Shown: piece after piece, positions 1 through 9,434 of the stretch
How positions within the stretch are numbered: position 1 is the stretch's first letter
How the letters are laid out: every line of letters begins with the position of its first letter
Sequence record: PQ462667.1
DNA length: 64,000 nucleotides
Direction: 5' to 3' (one strand)
From: Escherichia phage HMD-P3
Position numbers and translations under genes: made by a program
The notes under the pieces: model-generated
Databases searched by the model: none
Told to the model about the DNA's origin: nothing
Seen by the model: the letters and a program-made list of their open reading frames with translations, nothing else

Positions 1-298
1 AACCCATGCTTATGGCTTGGTCTTCATAATTTGGAGTCCAGATAGTCCACTGTCCTTCGTCACGCCCAAATGTGAATACTCGTAGATCATGGAGATTTGT
101 AGATCCAGATAAAAACCATAGGAGTTCTCCAACTACCGATTTCCAAGCTAGACGTTTAGTGGTTACAGCTGGAAATCCTTCACGTAGATCGAACTTAGCA
201 TAGGAATCGAAAATCGAAACTGTGCCTGTCCCCGTACGATCGTTACGTGGTTCACCTAGTAAAATTACATCTGTTAGAATTTTTAAATATTGTTGCAT
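1..298 (-). CDS. thyA: thymidylate synthase, N-terminal part (gene runs off the left edge of the window)
   Basis: Minus-strand translation from ATG at 298..296 gives MQQYLKILTDVILLGEPRNDRTGTGTVSIF..., matching the conserved ThyA N-terminus as I recall it from E. coli; start overlaps the DHFR stop (TAATG). Confidence 0.8.
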   Translation of the reverse strand, partial: MQQYLKILTDVILLGEPRNDRTGTGTVSIFDSYAKFDLREGFPAVTTKRLAWKSVVGELLWFLSGSTNLHDLRVFTFGRDEGQWTIWTPNYEDQAISMG

Positions 299-831
299 TA
301 ATAAGTAACCAATTCCTGTACAAATCGCAGGCTGTTATCACTGTTTGCGCCAGTTGCGTAAACTAAACGAGTAGATTCATAGTTGTAATCTAGAATCGTA
401 TTATCCAGATGTACATCTGCCTCTAGTTTTTGATTACTAAAGATTGTGGATACGAAAGCACTTTCAATATGACCATGAATATACATTTCGTACAGTAATG
501 TTGCGCCACCTAAAACCACTGTCTGTTGATCTTTTAAGAATGTAGGTAATGTATCCCCAATCTTAGAAATTGGAGTGTAAATACCATGTTTAATATCATC
601 AGGCAGAGGACGATCCGCACGAATAAAGAGGTCAGATTCTCCAATCATACGTTGCCGAACAACTTCTGGAAGTGCTAAATAAGTACCCGCACCAATGATG
701 ATGTTATCTGGGTTCAACACGTCCAGTTGAGAGTAGAAAGCATCTAGTTCTTCTTTGAAGGAACCCCATGGAAGTTTACCTCGGAGGCCGAACTCCCCAT
801 TCGGCCCAACTGCATATAATGCCGTTATCAT
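298..831 (-). CDS. dihydrofolate reductase
   Basis: 177 aa ORF; DHFR-like N-terminal fold motifs (GxxGxLPW, VLGGATL); sits between nrdB and thyA as in T4/T5-type nucleotide operons; start overlaps nrdB stop (ATGA). Confidence 0.75.
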   Translation of the reverse strand: MITALYAVGPNGEFGLRGKLPWGSFKEELDAFYSQLDVLNPDNIIIGAGTYLALPEVVRQRMIGESDLFIRADRPLPDDIKHGIYTPISKIGDTLPTFLKDQQTVVLGGATLLYEMYIHGHIESAFVSTIFSNQKLEADVHLDNTILDYNYESTRLVYATGANSDNSLRFVQELVTY

Positions 832-1973
832 AAGAAATCTCCAAATTCATTGCCCAGATCTTTCAGAGTATCAGTAGAGGTCTCAGTTACCTGACCTACA
901 CGGTATGCTGCACCAATCTGGATTTCTTGTGGAGCAGGCTGTAGAGAAGTAGTATCCAACCAGTTCATGATCCACGGAATAGGGTTTTTGGTAATTACTG
1001 GTAAGTGACTAGGCCATTCTACACCAATGTGCATAAATGCGTTACGTCCCACAAAGTACAAATACTCTTCTAGAAGTTCTGCGTTCAAACCAATCAGGCT
1101 ACGACCTTTGAAAATGAAATGACCCCATTCAATTTCAGTTTTCAGAGTTTTCAGGAGCTGTGCTGGTGCTTTAGCCACTGCTTCATCTACCAGATCTTTG
1201 TCAAATTGCTGAAACATAATCTGGATGATTGCTTTGGACATCTGAGTATGCAGAGCTTCATCTTTAGCGATTAATTGCAGATTTTTAGCAATACCTTGCA
1301 GAATATCGTTCTCTGCTAATGCAAAGGTACATGCAAAGGATGCGTAAAACTGCATTGCTTCCAGACCATAGATCGCAAAGTAAGCGTCTAATAGTTTAGC
1401 CTGAGTTTCACGTTTAACTTCAGGGAACTCAGTTTCTGGGTATGTATTGTCGCCACGATGATCGCGTACTGCGATGAAATACTGACCTAACTGGTACAGT
1501 TCATCGAATAGTTCAACAGAATCAGCGATGCGTGCGAATGCTTCTTGGTTTTTGGTTACAGAATCAATAAATTCTGCTGGATCAGTTAACACATTACGAA
1601 TAATATTGCTATAAGCACGACTATGCAGATCTTCAAAATAGCTCCACTGCTTGAGCATACCTTCCAATTCTGGACGACTTACAAGCGGCATAATAGCTGC
1701 TTCAGGAGCACGACTGATAAAGGAGTCGGTTTGGGTTTGCCATGCTAAGTTCAGGAGTGTAATTTCCTGAATTTCACGCGGAAGGTTAGGCCATTGTTTC
1801 TTATCTGCTTCCAGACTGATTTCAGTTTCAGTCCAAAATTGAGAGCGTTGCAGTAGTGCCAGACGTTCTAGTTCTGGATGTGCTACACGTACGTAATCTG
1901 CGATACCGAGAGAATCTCCCAGGAAAAGGTCAGCGTTAGTATGATCCCAATTCAGGTTTAGTAAAGTAGTCAT
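828..1973 (-). CDS. nrdB: ribonucleotide reductase class Ia beta subunit
   Basis: 381 aa; di-iron ExxH ligand motifs (e.g. KDEALHTQ); immediately downstream of nrdA. Confidence 0.9.
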   Translation of the reverse strand: MTTLLNLNWDHTNADLFLGDSLGIADYVRVAHPELERLALLQRSQFWTETEISLEADKKQWPNLPREIQEITLLNLAWQTQTDSFISRAPEAAIMPLVSRPELEGMLKQWSYFEDLHSRAYSNIIRNVLTDPAEFIDSVTKNQEAFARIADSVELFDELYQLGQYFIAVRDHRGDNTYPETEFPEVKRETQAKLLDAYFAIYGLEAMQFYASFACTFALAENDILQGIAKNLQLIAKDEALHTQMSKAIIQIMFQQFDKDLVDEAVAKAPAQLLKTLKTEIEWGHFIFKGRSLIGLNAELLEEYLYFVGRNAFMHIGVEWPSHLPVITKNPIPWIMNWLDTTSLQPAPQEIQIGAAYRVGQVTETSTDTLKDLGNEFGDFL

Positions 1974-2079
1974 TGATTTTCCTCTTTCTCACTATTTCAG
2001 GAATATTATAGCAAATCTGGTAGAGATTAGCAAGTAAAATTTCAAAGAAAAAGGAGACCCGAAGATCTCCTTGTTTTTA

Positions 2080-4410
2080 TTAAATAGTACAACCACCGGA
2101 TGCACAACCGGCTGCTTCTTCTCCAGCACCTCCACCATTTGCGGTATTGAAGTTAGCATAATACCAAGTTTTCCACCCATACTTAACAGCAGTCATGAAA
2201 TCACGAACTACTACTGGGCCAGGAATGATTTCATTCTCAAACTTGGTGTAGTCATAGTACATATTCGTACTGATAGACTGACTGAAGAATTTCTGCATAG
2301 TTGCTACCCATTTGATCCACTCGATACGATCTACATCATAAGCCAGTTTATAGCTCATTAACGTTTCCCAATCGGTTGCGCCTGGAGCAATTGCAATTAC
2401 TTTATTTACTGCACTACCTTTAATAGATACAATCTTACGGGGTGGTTCGATAGAGTTAGTAACACCTAACAGAACAGAAGAACTTTCCCCTGGCATCTGA
2501 GCAGTCAGAACAGAGTTACGCATACCATATTTCAGAATATCTGCACGCAGAGACTCCCAATCCATTTCTAGACCTACGGATACCAGTTCATCAACAGTTT
2601 TCTTGTACGTGTCGATTACCAGAATTCCTTTAGATGGTTTAGTACGATCAAACCACTCACATGCACCCTGTTCTTTAGCTAGGCGTACAGAGGCTTTATG
2701 CAGGAAGTAAGACAGTTTTTCAGCTTCACGGTGAATCCAGTTACGGGCTTCAATACCTTCATAAGCCAGACCTTCTGCCGCCATTGCACCTGCTGCGTTC
2801 ATCAGGCCAATACCAACATTACGACGTTTCTTAGCCGTATATTCCATAGTTGGGAACGGATAATCCTGAATTTCAATAATTGTATCAACGAATTTCAGGA
2901 GGATGTAGCAAGTTTTTTCCCACTCAGCCAAAGATTCCATGCGCCCAAGTACAACACCACCTAAGTTACACAGAGATACTTCACCAATATCCTCCGGCTT
3001 CATTTGATCAAGCTGCTCTTTTGTCTTGTACAGCTCTGTAATGTGATGGAACGGGCGTGTAGGCTGAGTAATTTCAACACAAAGGTTTGTCATACGGATC
3101 GGATCAAGGAAGTTACCGTGACGATTAGATTCCCCGATGTGATGAGCATACATACGTCCTGTTTCCATTCGGATACGTAGCCAAGTATCTAGGATTTCTT
3201 TTGCAGAGACTTTAGGAGCTGCTGGAACTGTTTTTCCTTCGTGGTCGATCTTTGTAAGAGATGCCACACGTTTCTCCGCTGCCACGTAGATTTCTTCAAA
3301 TTTAGCCTCGTCATCACTATAAAACGCTTCATGAACTTCTGGAGCATAGAAGTATGACATTAGCGTAATATCTTCGTTTTTCAGATAACGTTTTAACAAA
3401 AGATTGTTGAAGCTCAGAGAGTAATCCATCTTATCGATTTTATTCTCATCTGTAGCACGTTGTTGCTTAACCTGCATCAATTGAATGATTTCAGGGTCGA
3501 AGTATGGATAAGACACTGTAGCAGAACCACCACGAGTTTGCTGAGTATTGGCCTTTACTGAGCGGTCAATGTGTCGATAATATGGCAGTTTTCCGGAATG
3601 CGGGAATGCCCCATTTCGCACCGGATCAGCAATTGATCGGCTTTCAAGATGATACCCGATTCCCGCTCTGGCTGCGACCATTTTGAAGACGATGTGCTCG
3701 GCGGTGTCGATTGAATCCAACGTGTCAGTGGAATCCACGAGGCAGCAACTAGCAAATCCACGGTCACTAGAGCGCAGACCAACCAGTGGCGGCGTAGGAA
3801 CGTTAATTTTGTGGAGCGACATTGCGTTGTAGAGGTCGATTGCATCTAGAATTGTCCAGTTAGGTTGAGATAGCATCGCCATTGCCATACCCATGTAGGC
3901 AAACTGCGGAGTTTCATAAATTTCACCAGTGGCTATGTTACGGCGGGAATACTTATCAAAGAACTGCTTCAGCCCACCACTAGTAAAAAGACGGTCACGA
4001 TCATGGTCGATAACCTGATTCAGAGCTTCAAATTGCTCATCGGTAATCCATGCACTCATGTCTTCCCATGCACCTACGCTAACCATATGGTCATGGAAGA
4101 AACGCAGAGAAGGCGGTTCGAAGGAATCATAAAGGCGTTTACGCATTTGCGCAAGACGTAATTCCTTTGCTGGCACATCATATGCTGGATTATCTTTGAT
4201 AAGACTTTCAGCAGCTTTAATTAATGCATCCATCAGAGTGTCGGAATCTACAACCCCTTTAGGCAGAGTTTTTTGAGCAGCCATAGTAATGGCTGACCAA
4301 CTTACATCAACTGTTTTGCAACCATACTCTGCCCAACCATTGATTTTTTCAGGAGCAAAGTCTTCTACAGTACCGTCACGTTTAATTACTTTTTCAATGC
4401 GATGGCTCAT
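2080..4410 (-). CDS. nrdA: ribonucleotide reductase class Ia alpha subunit
   Basis: Large ORF with ATP-cone-like N-terminus (HRIEKVIKRDGTVEDF) and catalytic NLCVEI motif. Start placed at ATG 4410 (RBS AAGGAAAG upstream) rather than the longest ORF start 4515. Confidence 0.88.
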   Translation of the reverse strand: MSHRIEKVIKRDGTVEDFAPEKINGWAEYGCKTVDVSWSAITMAAQKTLPKGVVDSDTLMDALIKAAESLIKDNPAYDVPAKELRLAQMRKRLYDSFEPPSLRFFHDHMVSVGAWEDMSAWITDEQFEALNQVIDHDRDRLFTSGGLKQFFDKYSRRNIATGEIYETPQFAYMGMAMAMLSQPNWTILDAIDLYNAMSLHKINVPTPPLVGLRSSDRGFASCCLVDSTDTLDSIDTAEHIVFKMVAARAGIGYHLESRSIADPVRNGAFPHSGKLPYYRHIDRSVKANTQQTRGGSATVSYPYFDPEIIQLMQVKQQRATDENKIDKMDYSLSFNNLLLKRYLKNEDITLMSYFYAPEVHEAFYSDDEAKFEEIYVAAEKRVASLTKIDHEGKTVPAAPKVSAKEILDTWLRIRMETGRMYAHHIGESNRHGNFLDPIRMTNLCVEITQPTRPFHHITELYKTKEQLDQMKPEDIGEVSLCNLGGVVLGRMESLAEWEKTCYILLKFVDTIIEIQDYPFPTMEYTAKKRRNVGIGLMNAAGAMAAEGLAYEGIEARNWIHREAEKLSYFLHKASVRLAKEQGACEWFDRTKPSKGILVIDTYKKTVDELVSVGLEMDWESLRADILKYGMRNSVLTAQMPGESSSVLLGVTNSIEPPRKIVSIKGSAVNKVIAIAPGATDWETLMSYKLAYDVDRIEWIKWVATMQKFFSQSISTNMYYDYTKFENEIIPGPVVVRDFMTAVKYGWKTWYYANFNTANGGGAGEEAAGCASGGCTI

Positions 4411-4560
4411 TTGGCTTTCCTTTTTATAGTTATCAGGATTTAAGGAATATTCTACTTTATTATCGGTCATTAGGCAAATAAAATTTTCTGATAGAAAAGG
4501 CCCGAGTATTTTCATACCCAGGCCCTATATATTACCAGTCTAGCTTTTTAGCTTATTCAA

Positions 4561-4776
4561 TTACTTTAGCTCTCTAGCTACTTCTTTTAATAGAATATCT
4601 ATGGAGGTGCTCAGCTCGTTATAATTGAATGGTTTATTTGGATTTGAGGTTACAATTTTCCACGCTAGGGTTGTCTTAGGACTTTCTTCCCCTTCCTTAC
4701 GTGTAATCATATTAGCAGCACTCAGTGAAGTACGATGTATTTTAGTTTTACGGCTCAGATGAACGACGTTTCCCAT
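4561..4776 (-). CDS. small hypothetical protein (about 71 aa)
   Basis: ATG one nt after the phoH stop (TAAT-ATG) with GGAAGG RBS; no recognisable motif. Confidence 0.3.
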   Translation of the reverse strand: MGNVVHLSRKTKIHRTSLSAANMITRKEGEESPKTTLAWKIVTSNPNKPFNYNELSTSIDILLKEVARELK

Positions 4777-4777
4777 A

Positions 4778-5530
4778 TTACACCTTCCCCATGTCTTTAA
4801 AAATATCATAGAATGCTTTAGACTCAACAGAACGAACGTTATCAATCAATTCGATCATTGAGAATGGGGCATTTTCGTATTTCTCATAGACTTCCATAAG
4901 GAGCGCTAGACCTGAGTCACCTTTAATGTCTTTCTGAGCTATATCTCCGCAGATAATTAAACGGCAGTCTTGCCCTACACGAGTTAGGAGACAAATCATT
5001 GCCTCAACGGAAATATTCTGAGCTTCATCGACAATTACATAGGAGTTGTTGAAAGTTCTGCCACGAGCATGTTCGATAGCCAAAAATTTAATTTTCTGAC
5101 GTTCGACATATCCTTTATATGCATGATCGCCGATGGCCCATTTCATACCATCAGCTATTGGCTCCAACCAAGGCTCTAGCTTTTCCGCTAGATCACCAGG
5201 AAGCATACCAAGAGACTTACCTAGAGGTTCATTAGGACGTACGAGGATCACTTGCTCAATATCTGAGTGAATGTCTACGAGTTCCTGAGCTGCAAGAACG
5301 GACGGAATAAAGGTTTTACCAGTACCTGGCTCACCTATACCTACAGTCACTGTGTTGTTCTTGATCATATTGATATATGATTTTTGCTCGCGGTTTTTAC
5401 CTACTAGGGATTTAGCAACTGGGTTAGCGTAATCAGTAGAAAAATCAGCCTGAATTACGTTATTCTCATATTTGTTGCCACGCTTTCTTGAACCATTGCG
5501 GTTCTCTCTTTTTTGACGTGCTTTTCCCAT
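4778..5530 (-). CDS. phoH: PhoH-like ATPase
   Basis: Walker A GEPGTGKT and PhoH-like architecture; start placed at ATG 5530 preceded by AGGAG RBS (longest ORF begins at GTG 5539). Confidence 0.85.
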   Translation of the reverse strand: MGKARQKRENRNGSRKRGNKYENNVIQADFSTDYANPVAKSLVGKNREQKSYINMIKNNTVTVGIGEPGTGKTFIPSVLAAQELVDIHSDIEQVILVRPNEPLGKSLGMLPGDLAEKLEPWLEPIADGMKWAIGDHAYKGYVERQKIKFLAIEHARGRTFNNSYVIVDEAQNISVEAMICLLTRVGQDCRLIICGDIAQKDIKGDSGLALLMEVYEKYENAPFSMIELIDNVRSVESKAFYDIFKDMGKV

Positions 5531-5824
5531 AAATAACACTCCTATAGTGTACTTCGCTAACAGAGGATCAACAAAAAGATCTTGTTTATCAACTTACAAA
5601 TATATTATACCAATATATACAGTAAAAAGCAACTACAATTTTAAATAAGCCTATGATATTGCATTTAAATAAAAAATTTGCTTGCTTTTAACGTGAGATG
5701 TGTGATACTAGATAATCATTTTATATCGCGTGCACGAGTGCGTGATTATACAATTTTTAATAGAGATTGGCAAATAAAATTTTTTGACTCAGATCATGTT
5801 ACAGAACTTTATAGTAAAATATTG

Positions 5825-5853
5825 TTGACATCCGCCCTCGAATGAGTTATAAT
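5825..5853 (+). promoter_or_regulatory. sigma70-type promoter with perfect consensus (TTGACA, 17 bp, TATAAT) upstream of nrdD
   Basis: TTGACA at 5825..5830, 17-nt spacer, TATAAT at 5848..5853, AAGGAGAG RBS, ATG at 5883. Confidence 0.7.
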
Positions 5854-5882
5854 AGTAGTCTTAGTTAGAGAAGGAGAGTATA

Positions 5883-7757
5883 ATGAATCGCAATGAAGAA
5901 CTAAAGTATAAAGAAATGCAGGCGTTAATTAGAAACTGCAAAGAGATTATCGAAGGGTCAGCAGATGAAGAGCTGCTGTTTAATAATGCTAATAAACCCT
6001 CAGAACGTTTCCCTACACAAAGGGATATGCTTGCAGGTGAATTGAGTAAGTATCTGATTCTAGAAGAAATGCCAATTCAGATTCGAAATGCTCATATGAT
6101 TGGGGATATTCATTTCCATGATGCTGATTATGCTGCATTAGGCATGACTAACTGTTGTCTGGTAGCTCTGGAAGATATGCTGAAGAATGGTATGAAGGTT
6201 GGTAATGCTGAAATTAGCACTCCAAACTCTATCACTACTGCGGCGGCTATTACTGCTCAGATTATCACTCAGGTTAGCTCTCATCAGTATGGTGGTACTT
6301 CTGTAGATCGCCTTGATGAAGTATTAGCCCCTTATGTTCGTAAATCCTATGACAAAAATCATGCGTTTGCAAAACGTTGGACTAAGGATGAAGCCAAAGC
6401 ATCAGTAATGGCTACGGAGATGACTGAAAAGGAAGTCTATGATGCCTGTCAGGGTCTAGAGTATGAAATCAATACGATGTTCAACTCTAACGGTCAGAGT
6501 CCATTTATTACCTTTGGTTTTGGTCTAGGAACTTCTTGGGAAGCACGTCTAGTACAGAAAGCAATACTGAAAGTACGCATGGATGGTTTAGGTATCAATA
6601 AACGTACAGCTATCTTCCCGAAACTGGTATTTGTACTTCGTGATGGAGTAAATATGAAACCAGGAGATGTTAATTATGACATCAAGAAGTTAGCTATGAA
6701 ATGTACTGCTGAACGTATGTATCCAGACTATATCAGCTATGATAAGGTTGTGGAAGTTACTGGGGACTACAAAGTTTCTATGGGTTGTCGTTCATTCCTA
6801 GCTGCTACAGAAGATGGTGAAACTGCCGGTCGTAATAACTTAGGTGTTGTTTCTGTAAACTTGCCTAGAATTGCTATCGAAGCTGAAGGAAATATTGACC
6901 TATTCTTTGATTTGCTTGAGCTACGTGTAGATACAGCGTTAAAAGCGTTGGAGTGGAGAGTTGATCGCTTAAAATACATTCAAGCTAAAGCTGCACCCAT
7001 CCTGTATATGTCAGGAGCCTTTGGACTGCGCTTGGAGCCTGATGAATATGTATTCGATCATTTCTATAACCGTGCTTCTGTATCTCTAGGGTATATTGGT
7101 TGCCATGAAATGCTACAGTTTATGTTTGGCAAAGATGTAGACACAATGTCCGAGACCTGCATCAAGTTTGTTCAGCGTGTATTGCAGTACATGCGGGATA
7201 GAGTCGATCAGAAGAAGGAAGAAACTAAATTAGGTTATAGCCTGTATGCTACACCATCAGAATCCCTATGTGACCGTTTTTGTCGTCTAGACCGTGAATA
7301 TTTCCCAGAGCATGAAGATATTCTGTCCAAAGGATACTACACTAACTCGCACCACCTTGATGTAGAACGTAAAGTTGCTCCCAATGTGAAATTTGATTAT
7401 GAATCTAACTTTACTCCGATTGCTTCTGGTGGGTGCATTTCCTATGTAGAACTACCGGATATGAAACGATTCCCAGATGCACTGGAATGGGTTATTAATT
7501 ATGCTGCTAGTAAGGTTCATTACTTCGGTATTAATACCCCAGTGGATTCTTGTGGTAAATGTGGATTCTTAGGTGAAACAATAGCATCCGAAGATGGATT
7601 TAAGTGCCCTATCTGTGGTAATCATGACCCCGAAACTCTTGAAGTAACTCGTCGAGTTTGTGGGTATCTTGGAAATCCGGGTGCTCGTCCATTTAACCCC
7701 GGCAAACAGCACGAGGTGATGGGCAGAGTGAAGCATCAGGATATTCGAGCTAAGTAA
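5883..7757 (+). CDS. nrdD: anaerobic ribonucleoside-triphosphate reductase (class III)
   Basis: 624 aa; C-terminal glycyl-radical motif RVCGYLG and zinc ribbon CGKCG...CPICG. Confidence 0.9.
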   Translation: MNRNEELKYKEMQALIRNCKEIIEGSADEELLFNNANKPSERFPTQRDMLAGELSKYLILEEMPIQIRNAHMIGDIHFHDADYAALGMTNCCLVALEDMLKNGMKVGNAEISTPNSITTAAAITAQIITQVSSHQYGGTSVDRLDEVLAPYVRKSYDKNHAFAKRWTKDEAKASVMATEMTEKEVYDACQGLEYEINTMFNSNGQSPFITFGFGLGTSWEARLVQKAILKVRMDGLGINKRTAIFPKLVFVLRDGVNMKPGDVNYDIKKLAMKCTAERMYPDYISYDKVVEVTGDYKVSMGCRSFLAATEDGETAGRNNLGVVSVNLPRIAIEAEGNIDLFFDLLELRVDTALKALEWRVDRLKYIQAKAAPILYMSGAFGLRLEPDEYVFDHFYNRASVSLGYIGCHEMLQFMFGKDVDTMSETCIKFVQRVLQYMRDRVDQKKEETKLGYSLYATPSESLCDRFCRLDREYFPEHEDILSKGYYTNSHHLDVERKVAPNVKFDYESNFTPIASGGCISYVELPDMKRFPDALEWVINYAASKVHYFGINTPVDSCGKCGFLGETIASEDGFKCPICGNHDPETLEVTRRVCGYLGNPGARPFNPGKQHEVMGRVKHQDIRAK

Positions 7758-7764
7758 GCTAATC

Positions 7765-7800
7765 AGCCGGGTTGCTAGTCGACCTGGCTTTTATTTTATT
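7765..7800 (+). terminator. rho-independent terminator after nrdD
   Basis: Hairpin AGCCGGGT / ACCTGGCT (one G-U pair) followed by TTTTATTTTATT. Confidence 0.55.
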
Positions 7801-7828
7801 TGCTTTCAGCCAAAAATTTATATATAAT
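7800..7828 (+). promoter_or_regulatory. T5-type early promoter (TTGCTT, 17 bp, TATAAT)
   Basis: -35 TTGCTT 7800..7805, -10 TATAAT 7823..7828, then conserved AGATTTATAAATTTGAGAGGAG box and ATG 7857. Confidence 0.65.
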
Positions 7829-7856
7829 AGATTTATAAATTTGAGAGGAGAAAGAT

Positions 7857-8237
7857 ATGGAATTAAAGCCCTATATAGTTGAATCTACATGTGGTAGTTT
7901 CCATCTGGGTGTGGATAATATTGCTGAGGCTGTCTTTGCTGCTACAGGTGATTACTCGCATATAGAGGGTGTTGCATACCCTACCATTATTGGCGATTGG
8001 GTGGGAACAAATCTAGATGTATCGCCTTATAACCCATATTGCTTGTTTGATGAAGACAGAGATGAAGTAAAATGTAATCTTGAATTTGTGTATAATAGAG
8101 TGTTAAAAGTGTACCAACGTAGCCCCAATGGGTACGAAGATATTACTTGGAGTATTAAACAGTATCTTAAAGATATATACTCTAGTTTTTCTGACGAAGA
8201 CCTAGAAACAGTTGCAGTGGAGTTTAATAATGACTAA
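7857..8237 (+). CDS. hypothetical early protein (126 aa)
   Basis: ORF directly behind promoter and GAGGAG RBS; no recognisable motif. Confidence 0.6.
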   Translation: MELKPYIVESTCGSFHLGVDNIAEAVFAATGDYSHIEGVAYPTIIGDWVGTNLDVSPYNPYCLFDEDRDEVKCNLEFVYNRVLKVYQRSPNGYEDITWSIKQYLKDIYSSFSDEDLETVAVEFNND

Positions 8238-8436
8238 GAATGTGAAACACCTTAAATATCGCTTAATTTACAACGGACGTATGGAAACAGAAGATCTGGC
8301 CCAGTTAGCTATTAATTCTAATGAGGTTACAGTACGCGCGCTGGCAATTGAAAAGTTGCGTGCCTCTTATGAAAATCGTGTTATGGAACTAGAGGAGAAA
8401 CTTTATGGCATTCTCGAAGCCGATGCTACCAGATAA
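8230..8436 (+). CDS. hypothetical small early protein
   Basis: ATG 8230 overlaps the upstream stop; start uncertain (longest ORF from 8212). Confidence 0.4.
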   Translation: MTKNVKHLKYRLIYNGRMETEDLAQLAINSNEVTVRALAIEKLRASYENRVMELEEKLYGILEADATR

Positions 8437-8626
8437 GGGTTTAAACGCCGCTTTGGAAAACGCATTAATGCAGCGCTGGGAAACTGGCTATAAGGATGGT
8501 GTTGAATCCTGCGCTACTATGCTAGAAGTTATTGCTAATACCTTAATGGAGAAAGGCAATAAAGAATTAGCTGAGCTATTAGACAGTATTGGGCAAAACT
8601 TCAGAGAACAGGTGAAAAATGCGTAG
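8405..8626 (+). CDS. hypothetical small early protein (73 aa)
   Basis: GAGGAG RBS 6 nt upstream of ATG 8405. Confidence 0.5.
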   Translation: MAFSKPMLPDKGLNAALENALMQRWETGYKDGVESCATMLEVIANTLMEKGNKELAELLDSIGQNFREQVKNA

Positions 8627-9434
8627 ATTAATTATTATTAGTGGTGCAGGTTTGAGTGTTGAAAGTGGTGTACGAGCTTTTCGTACTGATACTGCTAGCG
8701 GTAAAGCATTGTGGGATGATTATGATCTAGAAGAAGTATGTAATATTCATGCCTTTCGCGGTAATTTTTATCATAAAACCCATATGTTTTACAACAAGCG
8801 TCGTGAAGAACTAAAAACTGTTGAACCCAATCTTGCGCATTTGCGTATTGGTGAATGGTATAAACAATATCCAGGTCAAATAGTAAACTTGACTACCAAT
8901 GTTGATGACCTTATTGAGCGTGCTGGCGTTCCACATAGTGACATTCTGCACATTCACGGATATTTAAAAGAGGTTGTTGTAGCTGATAACTACAATAGTA
9001 GCAATAAACGGATTATTGATGTAGGATACAATTCTATTGATCCAGATGATTATAAATGGGTTAAACCTAATGTAATCTTCTTTGGAGAGCATGCTCCAGC
9101 ATATGCGGAGATGTACAATGTTTTTGATGGTATTACCAGTCAAGATATGATCATTGTGGTTGGTTGCTCCAACCAAGTAATTAACTTCTACTGGGAATTA
9201 TTTCCTGTTCTTAATTTGACTGCTGCTAAGCTAATGGTTGTTAACTACTATGATAGTGCCCTAGCGGTGGAACCGGGCTATCAAGGTATGACTCGTAGTG
9301 AGATGTATCAACTGGAAGAACGTGGTATCCCTTACTGGAGTAAAGGTGCGGTAGATGCTTTCAGTGATCCTGATTTTATTGCTCGTGTAGAAGCTCATTT
9401 AGGGGGTAGACCTTATGTATCAGGAACTAAGTAA
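8619..9434 (+). CDS. Sir2-family protein lacking a zinc-ribbon module (NAD-dependent deacetylase / NADase-like)
   Basis: Sirtuin NAD-binding motif GAGLSVESGVRAFR near the N-terminus and HIHG catalytic-His motif; no CxxC...CxxC pairs anywhere in the protein. Confidence 0.75.
   Translation: MRRLIIISGAGLSVESGVRAFRTDTASGKALWDDYDLEEVCNIHAFRGNFYHKTHMFYNKRREELKTVEPNLAHLRIGEWYKQYPGQIVNLTTNVDDLIERAGVPHSDILHIHGYLKEVVVADNYNSSNKRIIDVGYNSIDPDDYKWVKPNVIFFGEHAPAYAEMYNVFDGITSQDMIIVVGCSNQVINFYWELFPVLNLTAAKLMVVNYYDSALAVEPGYQGMTRSEMYQLEERGIPYWSKGAVDAFSDPDFIARVEAHLGGRPYVSGTK

Noticed and set aside
1974-2079. Hairpin GGAGAC...GTCTCC between nrdA and nrdB as a terminator
   Set aside because: Stem is short with a mismatch and the genes are expected to be co-transcribed; too weak to call.
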